Notes: generated from the letters alone by a model not told the origin. 64,000 bases of DNA from Armatimonadota bacterium (GCA_046292385.1 JBKBRF010000005.1:71744-135743); one strand, 5' to 3'. Counted from the stretch's first letter, positions 49,645 through 59,845 are shown. Made by a program: numbers and translations.

Positions 49645-50928
49645 ATGAAACGCAAGGCAATTCTTACCGCCTTTATGGCGACCGTGATCGCGGGGTCGTT
49701 CCTGGCCGGCATCTTCGAACCGGAGCTGCGCGCCCAGAGCGGCCTGCCCGCGAGCATCTTCAGCCTGAAGCCGGGCAGCGAGCAGAAGGAGCTCGACCCG
49801 GTTAATACCTATAGCAAGGTCCTCCAGCTCGTGAACGAGCGCTTCTACGGCGAGACGCCCGGCGCGAAGGAGATGACCTACTACGCCATCCGCGGGATGC
49901 TGAACTCGCTGGATGACCCGTACACGCGCTTCCTCGACCCGGAAGAGTACCGGGAGCTCCGGGAAGACAACCTGGGCGAGTTCGAAGGGATCGGCGCGAC
50001 GCTGGGCGGCACGCCGACGAAGGAAGGCTACGTCCGCGTGGTGCGCCCCATCCCCGGCGGCCCGGCGGACAAGGCCGGCCTGAAGAAGGGCGACCTGATC
50101 ACGAAGGTCGACGGCAAGTCCGTCCAGGGCATGAGCGTCAACCAGGCGGTCAAGATCATCCGCGGCAAGTCGCGCTCCATCGTGCGCCTCACCGTGAAGC
50201 GCTCCGGCGTGGACAAGCCGCTCGACATCTCGATCGAGCGCGCCCCGGTGGAATACCCGATCGTGGAGTACGTGATGAAGGAAGGGAACATCGGCTACGT
50301 CTCCCTCTCCCAGTTCAACGAGCTCTCCGATCAGAAGATGACCCAGGCGATCCAGGATCTGGAAGCGAAGGGCATGAAGGGCCTGATCCTCGACCTCCGC
50401 GGCAACCCCGGCGGGCTTCTGGATGCGGCGATCGACATCTCCAGCCGTTTCGTGGAGCCGGGCAAGGGCGTGGTCTACATCGTCGAGTCGGGCGAGCGCC
50501 CCGACCTGCGCCGGACCAACGCGCGGAAGCACCTGAGCCGCGACTGGCCGCTGGTGGTGCTGGTGAACCGCACCAGCGCTTCCGCCTCGGAGATCGTGGC
50601 GGGCGCCGTGAAGGACAATCAGGCCGGCACCGTGATGGGCACCACCACCTTCGGGAAGGGCCTGGTCCAGACCGTGATGCCGCTCGAGGGCAACAGCGCG
50701 GCGATGATCACCACGCACAAGTACCTCACGCCGTCCGGTAAGGACATCAACCGCGGACGCGACCAGCGGGGCGGCGTGCACCCCGACATCGAGGTCGACG
50801 TGACCGAGGAAGACTGGCTGAAGGGCAAGGATCCGCAGCTCACCCGGGCGCTGGAGTTCCTGCACCAGAAGGTCGGTTACAAGGCCCCGGCCAAGCCGCA
50901 GGCGGGAGCCGCCAGCGCGAAGCCGTAG
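49645..50928 (+). CDS. ctpA: Carboxyl-terminal processing protease (S41)
   Basis: DPYTRF, GGPADKAGL, LDLRGNPGG, SASASEI, TFGKG, PDIEV. Confidence 0.93.
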   Translation: MKRKAILTAFMATVIAGSFLAGIFEPELRAQSGLPASIFSLKPGSEQKELDPVNTYSKVLQLVNERFYGETPGAKEMTYYAIRGMLNSLDDPYTRFLDPEEYRELREDNLGEFEGIGATLGGTPTKEGYVRVVRPIPGGPADKAGLKKGDLITKVDGKSVQGMSVNQAVKIIRGKSRSIVRLTVKRSGVDKPLDISIERAPVEYPIVEYVMKEGNIGYVSLSQFNELSDQKMTQAIQDLEAKGMKGLILDLRGNPGGLLDAAIDISSRFVEPGKGVVYIVESGERPDLRRTNARKHLSRDWPLVVLVNRTSASASEIVAGAVKDNQAGTVMGTTTFGKGLVQTVMPLEGNSAAMITTHKYLTPSGKDINRGRDQRGGVHPDIEVDVTEEDWLKGKDPQLTRALEFLHQKVGYKAPAKPQAGAASAKP

Positions 50929-50968
50929 CGGACTGCGGTAACGGCTTCGGCCGGCCCGTCCGATAATC

Positions 50969-51003
50969 AGAGAGGGACCGCCCACCGGTGGTCCCTCTCT
51001 TTT
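50969..51003 (+). terminator. Rho-independent terminator after ctpA
   Basis: AGAGAGGGACC...GGTCCCTCTCT followed by TTT. Confidence 0.7.
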
Positions 51004-51022
51004 CGTCTGTCGCTGCCGCAGT

Positions 51023-52057
51023 ATGCCCCCCAAGACGTCCCGTCCACGGAAGCCGACCGCCTCTCCCAGCCGCTCCGGCTCTCGTCCCGCCTCCCGTCCT
51101 CCCGGGAGCTCCGGGGGCGGCATCGGCGGCACCCTGGCCCTCGGCCTCGCCGTCGCCGTTCTCGGGAGCACCGCCGGCGTGCTCGCCCAGCGCTGGGTCT
51201 CCCCCAGCCCGGCGGTGAAGAAGGCGGGCGGCCCCGTAGAGCGCTCCCGCACTGCCTCTCGCGAGACGCGCCGGGCCGCGGCCGAGCGGCCGGCGGTGGG
51301 GCGCCGCACCGAACCCAATCCGAAGCCGGCGGAGAAGCCGGCCGAGCCGGAAGCCAAAACACCGGAGGCTCAGCAACCGGAGAGCCCGGCGGAAGCTCCC
51401 GCCCGTAAGGAAGAGGCTTCCCTCCTCCCCGCCGCGGCGCCGACCGAGTACCCCGCGATGGAGATCGAGCGCGGCGCGGGAGCGCGGCCGGAGGTGGCAC
51501 TGACCTTCGACGCCGGGGCCGACTGGAAGCCGGCGAAGCAGATCCTGGATACCCTGGCGGCCGAAGGGGTGAAGACGACTTTCTTCCTCACGGGAGAGTG
51601 GGTGCGCCAGAACCCGAAGACTTCGCAGCGAATTGCCGACGAAGGTCATGAGATCGGAAACCACTCCTGGGACCATCCGGCGTTCACCAAGCTGACCGAG
51701 GAGCAGATCCGGGACCAGCTTGCCCGCACGGAGACGCAGATCCAGCAGGCAACCGGCCGCACTAGCCGGCCCTACTTCCGCCCGCCGCTCGGCGCGCGGG
51801 ACCGGCGGGTGCTGCGGGAAGTGGGCAAGTCCGGCTACCTCTCGATCTATTGGACCCTCGACTCGCGCGACTCGGTCGACCGTGGTATCACCGCGGCACA
51901 GATCCGCGACCGGGTGCTGGGCAAGATCGGACCCGGCAGCATCGTGCTGCTCCACTGCGGCAGCCAGGCCTCCGCGGACGCCCTGCCGGAGATCCTGCGG
52001 GGACTAAGAGAGCGCGGCCTGAAGCCGGTGACGGTGGGGCGGCTGCTGGCCGATTGA
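51023..52057 (+). CDS. Polysaccharide deacetylase (NodB/CE4), membrane anchored
   Basis: ALTFDAG, TFFLTG, HEIGNHSWDH, YFRPPLG, IVLLH. Confidence 0.92.
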   Translation: MPPKTSRPRKPTASPSRSGSRPASRPPGSSGGGIGGTLALGLAVAVLGSTAGVLAQRWVSPSPAVKKAGGPVERSRTASRETRRAAAERPAVGRRTEPNPKPAEKPAEPEAKTPEAQQPESPAEAPARKEEASLLPAAAPTEYPAMEIERGAGARPEVALTFDAGADWKPAKQILDTLAAEGVKTTFFLTGEWVRQNPKTSQRIADEGHEIGNHSWDHPAFTKLTEEQIRDQLARTETQIQQATGRTSRPYFRPPLGARDRRVLREVGKSGYLSIYWTLDSRDSVDRGITAAQIRDRVLGKIGPGSIVLLHCGSQASADALPEILRGLRERGLKPVTVGRLLAD

Positions 52058-52065
52058 ACTAAGTG

Positions 52066-52112
52066 GGAGAGCCTTCGGGGACGGAGAGACAGAGCGACCG
52101 AGGGACGGGGAG
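52066..52112. repeat. Octamer repeat, single arm
   Basis: CCTTCGGGGACGGAGAGACAGAGCGACCGAGGGACGGGGAGA resembles the arm at 44580-44638 (reverse complement). Confidence 0.75.
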
Positions 52113-52131
52113 AACTGCCGGAGACCAGAAG

Positions 52132-53142
52132 ATGTGGGAGCCAACTGCGGATAATGAAGTGCAGTCTCTGCGCCGGCGCCTCTGGATCGAGCGCGGGGTG
52201 TTTGCCACGGTGATCGTGGCGGGCGCGCTGGCCGTCTGGAGACCCTCGCTGCCGGCGCTGCCCGGGCTGCAGCCGCAGAAGTGGGCGGTCTACGTGGGCG
52301 ACAAGCCGGTCGCTGCCCTCGCTACCCGGGAGGCGGCGCAGGCGGCGCTGGAGCAGGCGAAGCGGTCTGAGGACCCGACCGGCGCCGCCAGCTTCGCGGA
52401 GCCGGTCAAGGTGGCGCCGCTCGGGAAAGCCGACCTGCCGGTGCTCGCCGGCGATGCCGCCGCCGATAAGCTGGCCGAGGCGGTGAAGCTGACCGCCGAG
52501 CGCGGCGTCGTCTACATCGACGGGATGGCCGTCGTCGCGCTTCCGACCGAGCGGGAAGCGCACGAGGTGCTGGAAGCGATCAAGCAGGGCTTCGCCGGCA
52601 AGCTCCAGGGGGTAGACGCCGCCCCGACCTTCAAGGAGCAGGTGGAGGTCCGCACCGAGCCCGCCACGGACGACCTCTGGGCCGACAAAGAGACCGCGCT
52701 CGGGCTCCTGCGCGGCGAAGGTGCGGAAGAGGAAGGCTCCTACAAGGTGGTGAGCGGCGACAGCGGCTGGATTGTCGCCAGGAAGCACGACATGTCGCTG
52801 GACCAGCTCCAGAAGCGCAATCCCGGCGTGCGGCTCGACCGCCTGAGCGTGGGCCAGACCCTGCGCGTCGGAGAGACGGCGGAGCCGATCCTCACCGTGG
52901 TGACCGAAGGCCGCGTCCAGCGCACCGTCTCCTCGTCCTTCTCCATCCGGATCCAGCGCTCCCCGAAGATGTACGTCGGCAAGCGCATGCTGGTGCAGCC
53001 GGGCCGACCCGGCCGAGACCGCGTGACCTACAAGGTCCGCTGCGAGAACGGCCGCGTGGTTCACGAGGAGCCGCTCAAGCGGGAGACGCTGGCGCCCCCG
53101 TCGCACCAGGTCGTCGTCCTCGGCGCCAAGCCCCGGCGCTGA
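52132..53142 (+). CDS. LysM + G5 domain membrane-anchored protein
   Basis: LysM YKVVSGDSGWIVARKH...NPG...LSVGQTL; G5-like QPGRPG...ENG...VVVLG. Confidence 0.8.
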   Translation: MWEPTADNEVQSLRRRLWIERGVFATVIVAGALAVWRPSLPALPGLQPQKWAVYVGDKPVAALATREAAQAALEQAKRSEDPTGAASFAEPVKVAPLGKADLPVLAGDAAADKLAEAVKLTAERGVVYIDGMAVVALPTEREAHEVLEAIKQGFAGKLQGVDAAPTFKEQVEVRTEPATDDLWADKETALGLLRGEGAEEEGSYKVVSGDSGWIVARKHDMSLDQLQKRNPGVRLDRLSVGQTLRVGETAEPILTVVTEGRVQRTVSSSFSIRIQRSPKMYVGKRMLVQPGRPGRDRVTYKVRCENGRVVHEEPLKRETLAPPSHQVVVLGAKPRR

Positions 53143-53150
53143 CTAGCGCG

Positions 53151-53210
53151 CCGAACGATCGCGAAGTCGCGAAGCTCGGGAAGGACGCGAAGGGAACCTG
53201 AAGGGACCAG
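53151..53210. repeat. CGCGAAG repeat, single arm
   Basis: CGAACGATCGCGAAGTCGCGAAG...GACGCGAAGGGAACCTGAAGGG; homologous to the reverse complement of 39453-39509. Confidence 0.75.
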
Positions 53211-53433
53211 CGAACGCGCTTCGGGTCCCTGGGTTCCAGCCCCGAAGGCTTTTCGGGGCTGCGCTCCTGGTAGCGCCGAGTTTACTCGCGCGCGGGCTGG
53301 CGATCGACGCTGTTTCAGGGCATCCAGCCCGGCCGCCGCGGCCACCTGGTCGCAAGCGCGTACGCGGAAAGCCCCGCTGGTGAGGCGGGGCTGCGATCCG
53401 ATGCCGTCCACCGCAGGGGCGGTGGCGTGAGCG

Positions 53434-53796
53434 TTAGTTCAGCACCTTCTCCCGGACCAGGTAGGCCGGAGACGGGCTCGTCTCTCGCGGGAGATCGTCA
53501 AGATCGCTGATGCCGCCTTCCGCGGCGGCCCGCGCGGCGCCGCTCAGCACCGTGGCCAGGCCGACGGCCAGCAGCTCCGCCACCACTTCGTCCTGGTCCA
53601 GGCCCCGCGACTCCTCCAGGATGGCGCTGGCGACCTGGAACTGCACCGCACCCTCGTCCTGCAGCCGGAAACGCGCGTCGATGTCCAGCGCGAGGCTCTG
53701 TCCGTGCCGCTCTCGTTCCCGGGCGGACTCCATGATGTCTTCTACCCGGCGCATGATCCGCTGCGCCGCCGCCTCCGCGTACTCCGATCTGAACAT
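53434..53796 (-). CDS. Hypothetical protein
   Basis: GGAGGAGG RBS, 120 aa, high GC3. Confidence 0.6.
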   Translation of the reverse strand: MFRSEYAEAAAQRIMRRVEDIMESARERERHGQSLALDIDARFRLQDEGAVQFQVASAILEESRGLDQDEVVAELLAVGLATVLSGAARAAAEGGISDLDDLPRETSPSPAYLVREKVLN

Positions 53797-53920
53797 CTCG
53801 CGCCTCCTCCGGCTCGCCTCCCCCTACCGGCCCGCATTCCCGGAGCGCACGCCGGGTACGGTGCTTATCCCCAGATGCGGGAAAGGCCAACCCCGTCCCG
53901 ATCCGGCGGGGGGCGCCCGA

Positions 53921-55303
53921 TCAGTAGAGGCGGAGGAGCGGCTCTCCGCTCGAGAGGGGGAAGGGGCGGGAGAGGCGGTCGGTGATCTCTAGGTGACGGT
54001 CGATGCCGAGCGCGTGGTAGATGGTGGCGGTCAGGTCGGCGGGGCTCACCGGATCGCTGGCAGGGTAGGCGGCGGTCTCGTCGGAGCTGCCGAGCACCTG
54101 GCCCCCCTGGACGCCCGCGCCGGCGAGGAGGGCGCAGCCGCAGTGGCCCCAGTGGTCGCGCCCGCCGGCCGGGTTGATCTTCGGCGTGCGGCCGAACTCC
54201 CCGACCCACACCACGAGCGTCTCGTCCAGCAGGCCGCGATCGTGCAGGTCCCGGAAGAGCTGCGCGTGCGGCTGGTCGGTCTGGGGCATTAGCCGGTCCT
54301 TCAACTCTTTGAAGTTGTTGGCGTGGGTGTCCCAGGTGGTGTCGATGTCCGGCCGCTCCCGGTGCCAGTAGACGCAGATGAACGGCACCCCGGCCTCCAC
54401 CAGGCGGCGCGCCACCAGCACCGCCTGGCCGTGCCGGTGCATGCCGTACGCCTCCCTCACCTTCGGCGGCTCCGCGGTCACGTCGAAGGCGCGCCGCGTG
54501 GCTGGAGAGGTGAGCATGTCGAGCGCGCGCTCGTAGAAGACGTCCTGGCCCTGTCCCGGCAGGCTTTCCGCAAGGTGCTTCGCGCCCGCCGCCTCGAGCA
54601 GGGCGCGGCGGCGGAGCAGGCGGCGAGGATCGACGTCGCCCGGCAGCGCGATGTCCGGCACGCGGAAGCCGGGGCTGCTGAAGTCGCCGTCGATGCGGAA
54701 CGGGTCGTATCTCGGCCCCATGAAGCCGCCGGTCTGCCCGGGGAAGTCGGGCGCGCCGCCGGTGATGTACGCCTTTTCCGGCAGCGCGACGAACGGCGGG
54801 ACCGGATTCTCCGGACGGCGGAACCGGCTCACCACGGCGCCGACGTGGGGGAAGTCGTCCGGGCCGGGGTCGCGCCGCTCGCCCGGATTCGGGTGCCGGT
54901 GACCGGTCAGCACTTCGTAGGCGCTGGTGCTGTGGTCGATGCCCGGGTGACTGAGCGACCGGACGATCGCGTAGCGGTCTGCCACCTGCGCGAGCCGCGG
55001 ATAATGCTCGGAGATCCGGATGCCCGAGACGTTCGTCTCGATCGGCTTGAACTCGCCGCGCACCTCCGCCGGGGCGTCGGGCTTCAGGTCGAAGGTGTCC
55101 TGGTGCGGGGGACCGCCGGTCATGAAGAGCATGATCACGGAGCGGGCGCGGCCGAACCCATTCGACTTCCCCGCCGCCGCGGAAGCAGCGCGCAGGCGCA
55201 GCAATTCCGGCAGCGAGAGCCCCAGGGCTCCGATCCCGCCCCTCTGCAGCAGCCGCCGGCGGGAATACCCGCTCCGTCCGTTTCCACCATCCATCCGGTT
55301 CAT
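53921..55303 (-). CDS. DUF1501 family protein (Tat-like leader)
   Basis: SRRRLL, GGPPHQDTFDLKP, ARRLVEAGV, WDTH, GEFGRTP, GRDHW. Confidence 0.93.
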   Translation of the reverse strand: MNRMDGGNGRSGYSRRRLLQRGGIGALGLSLPELLRLRAASAAAGKSNGFGRARSVIMLFMTGGPPHQDTFDLKPDAPAEVRGEFKPIETNVSGIRISEHYPRLAQVADRYAIVRSLSHPGIDHSTSAYEVLTGHRHPNPGERRDPGPDDFPHVGAVVSRFRRPENPVPPFVALPEKAYITGGAPDFPGQTGGFMGPRYDPFRIDGDFSSPGFRVPDIALPGDVDPRRLLRRRALLEAAGAKHLAESLPGQGQDVFYERALDMLTSPATRRAFDVTAEPPKVREAYGMHRHGQAVLVARRLVEAGVPFICVYWHRERPDIDTTWDTHANNFKELKDRLMPQTDQPHAQLFRDLHDRGLLDETLVVWVGEFGRTPKINPAGGRDHWGHCGCALLAGAGVQGGQVLGSSDETAAYPASDPVSPADLTATIYHALGIDRHLEITDRLSRPFPLSSGEPLLRLY

Positions 55304-55450
55304 CTTTCAGGTGAGAGTACGGGGAGAGAGAACGGTTTCACGACGGTCCGCGGCGGGGTGGTTCCTGCTGGCGGGCTTCCTTGCCCGGCGGCAGCTTGAT
55401 CGGTATACTCTGTTTGACCCGCTCTAATCTTCCGTCTCTCTTTAGACGCC

Positions 55451-57949
55451 ATGACTACTCGCCGCCCGTTCGTCTTTCTCATGTTGTGCCTGGCGCTCTC
55501 CCTCGCCGGGCTCGCGCGAGTCTCCAGTAGTGAGATCTCGGGCACGCCGGAGCACCCCGGCATCCAGCTTCCGTTCCCGGTCCGCGGGGTCGAGGCGATC
55601 CGCGCCCTGGGTCCCCGGCTCGCCGACGTGGCGCTGCACAATCGCATGACGCCCGCGGCGCTGCAGTCCGCCTTCCTCCACAACCAGGACCTCTGGGTGG
55701 ATACTGGCGGGCGGCTCGTCTACTCCTGCCGCACCCCGGCGGAGCTCGCGGCGCGCGGCATCATCCCCCCGGTGCACCGGCTGCTTCCGCGCGGCACCCG
55801 GGAGCCCGCGCCGCCCTTCCCCACCAGCCAGACGTTCCTACTCCACAGCCGGCCCGCTTCGAACAAGAAGATCTACCTCGACGTTGACGGTCACGTGACG
55901 ACCGGCACCGGGTGGAACAACGGGGGCACCGTCAATTCGGTACCGTGGGACCTCGACGGGAGCCCGGCCACCTGGAGCACGGGAGAGCACGAGGCGATCC
56001 AGAAGGTGTGGCAGCGGGTGGCGGAAGACTTCGCCCCGTTCGATATCGACGTAACCACCGAAGATCCCGGAATCGAAGCGCTGCGGCGCCTGAGCGACGA
56101 TGCCTACGGGATCCGGGTCGTGATCTCCCCCACCGACGACTGGTTCGGGGGAGCGGGCGGCGTGGCGTACATCGGCTCGTTCAACTGGGACAGCGACACG
56201 CCGTGCTTCGTTTTTACCGATAACGTCGCGAACTCGGAGAAGTTCGTGGCGGACGCCGCGTCGCATGAAGTCGGCCACTCGCTCGGCCTCCTCCACGACG
56301 GACAGACCGGCGGCGTGGAGTATTACGGCGGGCAGGGCCAGTGGGGGCCGATCATGGGCGCTCCCTACGGCGTGCCGATCACCCACTGGTCGAACGGCGA
56401 TTACCGGAACGCCAACAACCAGGAGAACGACGTGGTGATCTTCGCCAGCTTCGGCGGCGTAGTCGCCGCCGACGAGGCCGGCGACACCCTGGCGACGGCG
56501 GTCACCCTGAACGGAACCAATCCCACGGTAAGCGGAGTGATCAACACCCGGACGGACGTCGACCTCTACCGCTTCACCACCGGGAACGGTCCGGTGAACC
56601 TGGTCGCCACTCCCTGGGTCTTCAGCCCGAACCTCGACATCAAGCTGGAGCTGCTCTCCCAGACCGGCACCGTGCTTGCGTCGGCGGACCCGGCCGGCTT
56701 CAGTGCGTCGATCACCCACACCCTCGGCGCCGGTACGTACTACGTGCGCATCGACGGCGTGGGCGCGGGCGACCCGCTCCAGACCGGGTATTCCGACTAC
56801 GGCAGCCTCGGCGCCTATTACCTGAACCTGAGCCTGCAGACCGGGACGCTCCCGATCGCGCCGACCAACGTGCAGGCGCGCGCCACCTCCAGCACCACGA
56901 TCGACCTCACCTGGTTCGACAACGCGCACAACGAGGCGGCGTACGAAGTCGAGCGGAAGACGGCCAACACGGGATTCACCCGGATCGCCACCGTAGCGAG
57001 CAACGCCACGAGCTTCCAGGACGACACCGTCTCCAGCGGGATCACCTACACTTACCGCCTGCGCGCGACCAACGCTGCGGGTCCCTCGGAGTACTCCAAC
57101 ACGCCCTCGGCGACGCCGCCGTTCTCACCGCCCGGCACGCCGATCCTCGTTGCCGTCACCCTGAACGGCTTCACCGACCTCGACATCTCCTGGGTGGCGG
57201 GCGTCGGCAGCATCGACAGATTCGAGCTGCAGCACCGCGAGGGCGCCACCGGCGAGTTCTCGCTGCTGGCGGAGCTTTCGCCGCAGACCGTCACCTACAA
57301 GCACCAGGGTCTGGCGCCGAACAGCCTGCATACCTACCGGGTGCGGGCCACCGGCCCCGGCGGGACTTCGGACTGGTCGACCACGCTCGAGGGGCGGATG
57401 CCGCCGTCGACGCCGACCAACCTGGTCGCCACCGGCTCCGGCGGAAAGATCAAGCTCACCTGGAGCCACGAAGGAGGCGTCGGGTTCAAAGTCGAGCGGA
57501 AGATCGAGAGTGCGCCGTGGGTGGAGATCGCGCAGATCCACAGCGGCGCGCTGGAGTACACCGACTCCAGCCTGCTCACCGGCGTCACCGCTTCCTACCG
57601 GGTCCGCGCCTTCACGTCGCTGCACACCTCCAACTACAGCAACGTCGCCACCGCCACCACCTCCGCCGGTACGCTCACCTCGCTGAGCGTACCGAAGAAG
57701 GCGAAGGGCGGCAGCACCGTGAACGGCACGGTCAAGCTCTCCCCGGCGGCGCCGAGCGGCGGCGTGGTGGTGCAGCTCAGCACCAACTCCAAGCTCGTCA
57801 AAGTGCCGAAGACCGTCACCATCCCCTCCGGCAAGACCTCCGCGACTTTCAAGATCAAGACGAAAAAGTCGAAAGGCACCACTACCGTCCTGATCACCGC
57901 CAGCTACGCGGGGACGAGCCGGGAAGCGTCGATGAAGGTCAAGAAGTAG
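55451..57949 (+). CDS. Secreted metzincin-type zinc protease with PPC-like and fibronectin III domains
   Basis: Signal peptide; HEVGHSLGLLH, Met-turn PIMG; three FN3-like repeats (YRLRATN, YRVRATG, YRVRAFT). Confidence 0.88.
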   Translation: MTTRRPFVFLMLCLALSLAGLARVSSSEISGTPEHPGIQLPFPVRGVEAIRALGPRLADVALHNRMTPAALQSAFLHNQDLWVDTGGRLVYSCRTPAELAARGIIPPVHRLLPRGTREPAPPFPTSQTFLLHSRPASNKKIYLDVDGHVTTGTGWNNGGTVNSVPWDLDGSPATWSTGEHEAIQKVWQRVAEDFAPFDIDVTTEDPGIEALRRLSDDAYGIRVVISPTDDWFGGAGGVAYIGSFNWDSDTPCFVFTDNVANSEKFVADAASHEVGHSLGLLHDGQTGGVEYYGGQGQWGPIMGAPYGVPITHWSNGDYRNANNQENDVVIFASFGGVVAADEAGDTLATAVTLNGTNPTVSGVINTRTDVDLYRFTTGNGPVNLVATPWVFSPNLDIKLELLSQTGTVLASADPAGFSASITHTLGAGTYYVRIDGVGAGDPLQTGYSDYGSLGAYYLNLSLQTGTLPIAPTNVQARATSSTTIDLTWFDNAHNEAAYEVERKTANTGFTRIATVASNATSFQDDTVSSGITYTYRLRATNAAGPSEYSNTPSATPPFSPPGTPILVAVTLNGFTDLDISWVAGVGSIDRFELQHREGATGEFSLLAELSPQTVTYKHQGLAPNSLHTYRVRATGPGGTSDWSTTLEGRMPPSTPTNLVATGSGGKIKLTWSHEGGVGFKVERKIESAPWVEIAQIHSGALEYTDSSLLTGVTASYRVRAFTSLHTSNYSNVATATTSAGTLTSLSVPKKAKGGSTVNGTVKLSPAAPSGGVVVQLSTNSKLVKVPKTVTIPSGKTSATFKIKTKKSKGTTTVLITASYAGTSREASMKVKK

Positions 57950-57960
57950 CGTTCCGGACC

Positions 57961-58267
57961 GTGATTCACCACAGAGAACACAGAGGGCACAGAGAGGAAC
58001 CGGAACGGGAATTCACCGCAGAGAGCGCAAAGGGCGCAGAGAGGCGAACCAGAAGGAAGAAACTCCGGGGCCGCTGTACGGAGTTCGTGAAGCGGATCAG
58101 GCCCCTCCCGCTTCTCCTCTGGTTCCCCTCTGCGTCCCCTCTGCGCTCTCCGCGTCCTCTGCGGTGAGTCCGGTTCGGATTGGGGCCGCAGTACGGCTGA
58201 CGTGAAGCGAATCAGTCCCGTCCCCCTGGTTCCTCTCTGTGTCCTCTGTGCGCTCTGTGGTGAGTCA
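57961..58267. repeat. CACAGAG/CGCAGAG composite element, gene-less copy C
   Basis: Outer CACCACAGAG...CTCTGTGGTG and inner CACCGCAGAG...CTCTGCGGTG inverted repeats. Confidence 0.9.
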
Positions 58268-58283
58268 GGTCCGGAGTAGCCCG

Positions 58284-58487
58284 TCAGGACTTGGTCTCGT
58301 GGAGACCGAGCTGGCTCGCCATCGCCTGGTTCAGGGGCTGGTCGGTGTGGTACTGGTGGTGGTGCTGCGGGCAGGTACACTCCTCACCCCGGGAGCACGG
58401 CTCGCAGCAGTACTCGAAGCCCTGCTTCTCCACCCCCTCCCAGTCGAACTCCATCCCGCACGCCTCGCACAATCGCATCTCGGCCAT
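58284..58487 (-). CDS. Small Cys/His-rich metallothionein-like protein
   Basis: GAGGAG RBS; CEAC...YCCEPC...CTC..HHH..H in 67 aa. Confidence 0.7.
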   Translation of the reverse strand: MAEMRLCEACGMEFDWEGVEKQGFEYCCEPCSRGEECTCPQHHHQYHTDQPLNQAMASQLGLHETKS

Positions 58488-58666
58488 CGTCTCTCCTCCT
58501 CTCGGCACGCTCCGCCACCTTCCATCTTCCCGGCGCTCCCGCTCGCTAACCGCGGTTGAAGAGCGGCACAATGCGCTTGCGGTCGGCGCACTCTTTTGGG
58601 TAAGGTACAGGCAAGCTGGCGGGGAGCAGTGCCCCGCCGCGTGCTGCGAGGGGAGCGCTGGCGTTC

Positions 58667-59845
58667 GTGCCTAGGAAGTTAGTCGAGACGCAGAAGGAGA
58701 CGGAGCGCGCCATCCTGGTGGCGGTGGAGCGCCCCCGGGAAGACCTGGAGCGGGACCTGGAGGAGCTGAAGGAGCTCGTCCGGACCGCCGGCGGCGATAC
58801 GGTAGAAGTGATCGTCCAGAAGCGCCAGGCGCCGAGCCCCAGCACCTACCTGGGGAGCGGCAAGGTGCTGGAGCTCAAGGAGGCGCTCGGCTATCACCAC
58901 GCGGACCTGGTGGTGGTCGACGACGAGCTGACGCCGGTGCAGCAGCGCAACCTGAACGAGGCGCTGGAGCGCCGCGTGCTCGACCGCACGCAGCTCATCC
59001 TCGACATCTTCGCGCAGCGGGCGCACACGCGAGAAGGTAAGCTCCAGGTGGAGCTGGCGCAGCTCAGCTACCTGCTGCCCCGCATCTCCGGCCTCTACAC
59101 CAAGTTCGAGCGCCAGGCGGGTGGTATCGGCCTGCGCGGCCCCGGTGAAACGAAGCTGGAGGCCGACCGGCGCCGGATCCGCCAGCGGATCTCCGACCTC
59201 AAGCGCCAGCTCAGCGACGTGCAGCGCCACCGCCGCGTGCAGCGCAGCAGCCGGGAAGCGCAGGGCTTTCCCACCGTAGCGCTCGTCGGCTACACCAGCG
59301 CGGGCAAGTCGACGCTCCTGAACGCCATGTCCGGCGCGGAGGTCTACACCGACCCGAAGCTCTTCGCCACGCTCGACCCCACCACCCGCCGCGTCTCCCT
59401 GCCGGGTGGAAAGCCGGTCCTGGTGACTGATACGGTCGGCTTCATCCGCCGCCTCCCGCACGGCCTGGTGGCGGCGTTCCGGGCGACGCTGGAGGAGACG
59501 ACCGAGGCCGACATCCTGCTCCACGTGGTCGACGCGAGCAGTCCGGACATGGAAGCGCAGATGGAGGCGGTGATCGACGTCCTCACCGACCTGCACATCC
59601 AGGACAAGCCGATCGTGACGGTGCTGAACAAGATCGACCTGGTGAAGGACACCTACAAGCTGCGCGAGCTGGTGGCGAGCCAGCCGAATACCGTCTACAT
59701 CTCCGCCCTGAGCGGCGACGGGATGCCGCAGCTCATGCTCACGATCGAGCGGACGCTGGCGCACGCGGAGCGCCGCCGCCGCGAGGAAGCGGCCGAAGCG
59801 CGGGAACGAGAGCTGGAACAGCGGCGTGCGCTTAGAACTCTTTGA
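58667..59845 (+). CDS. hflX: GTPase HflX
   Basis: LILDIFAQRAHTREGKLQVELAQL, GPGETKLE, GYTSAGKS, DTVGF, NKID. Confidence 0.96.
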   Translation: MPRKLVETQKETERAILVAVERPREDLERDLEELKELVRTAGGDTVEVIVQKRQAPSPSTYLGSGKVLELKEALGYHHADLVVVDDELTPVQQRNLNEALERRVLDRTQLILDIFAQRAHTREGKLQVELAQLSYLLPRISGLYTKFERQAGGIGLRGPGETKLEADRRRIRQRISDLKRQLSDVQRHRRVQRSSREAQGFPTVALVGYTSAGKSTLLNAMSGAEVYTDPKLFATLDPTTRRVSLPGGKPVLVTDTVGFIRRLPHGLVAAFRATLEETTEADILLHVVDASSPDMEAQMEAVIDVLTDLHIQDKPIVTVLNKIDLVKDTYKLRELVASQPNTVYISALSGDGMPQLMLTIERTLAHAERRRREEAAEARERELEQRRALRTL

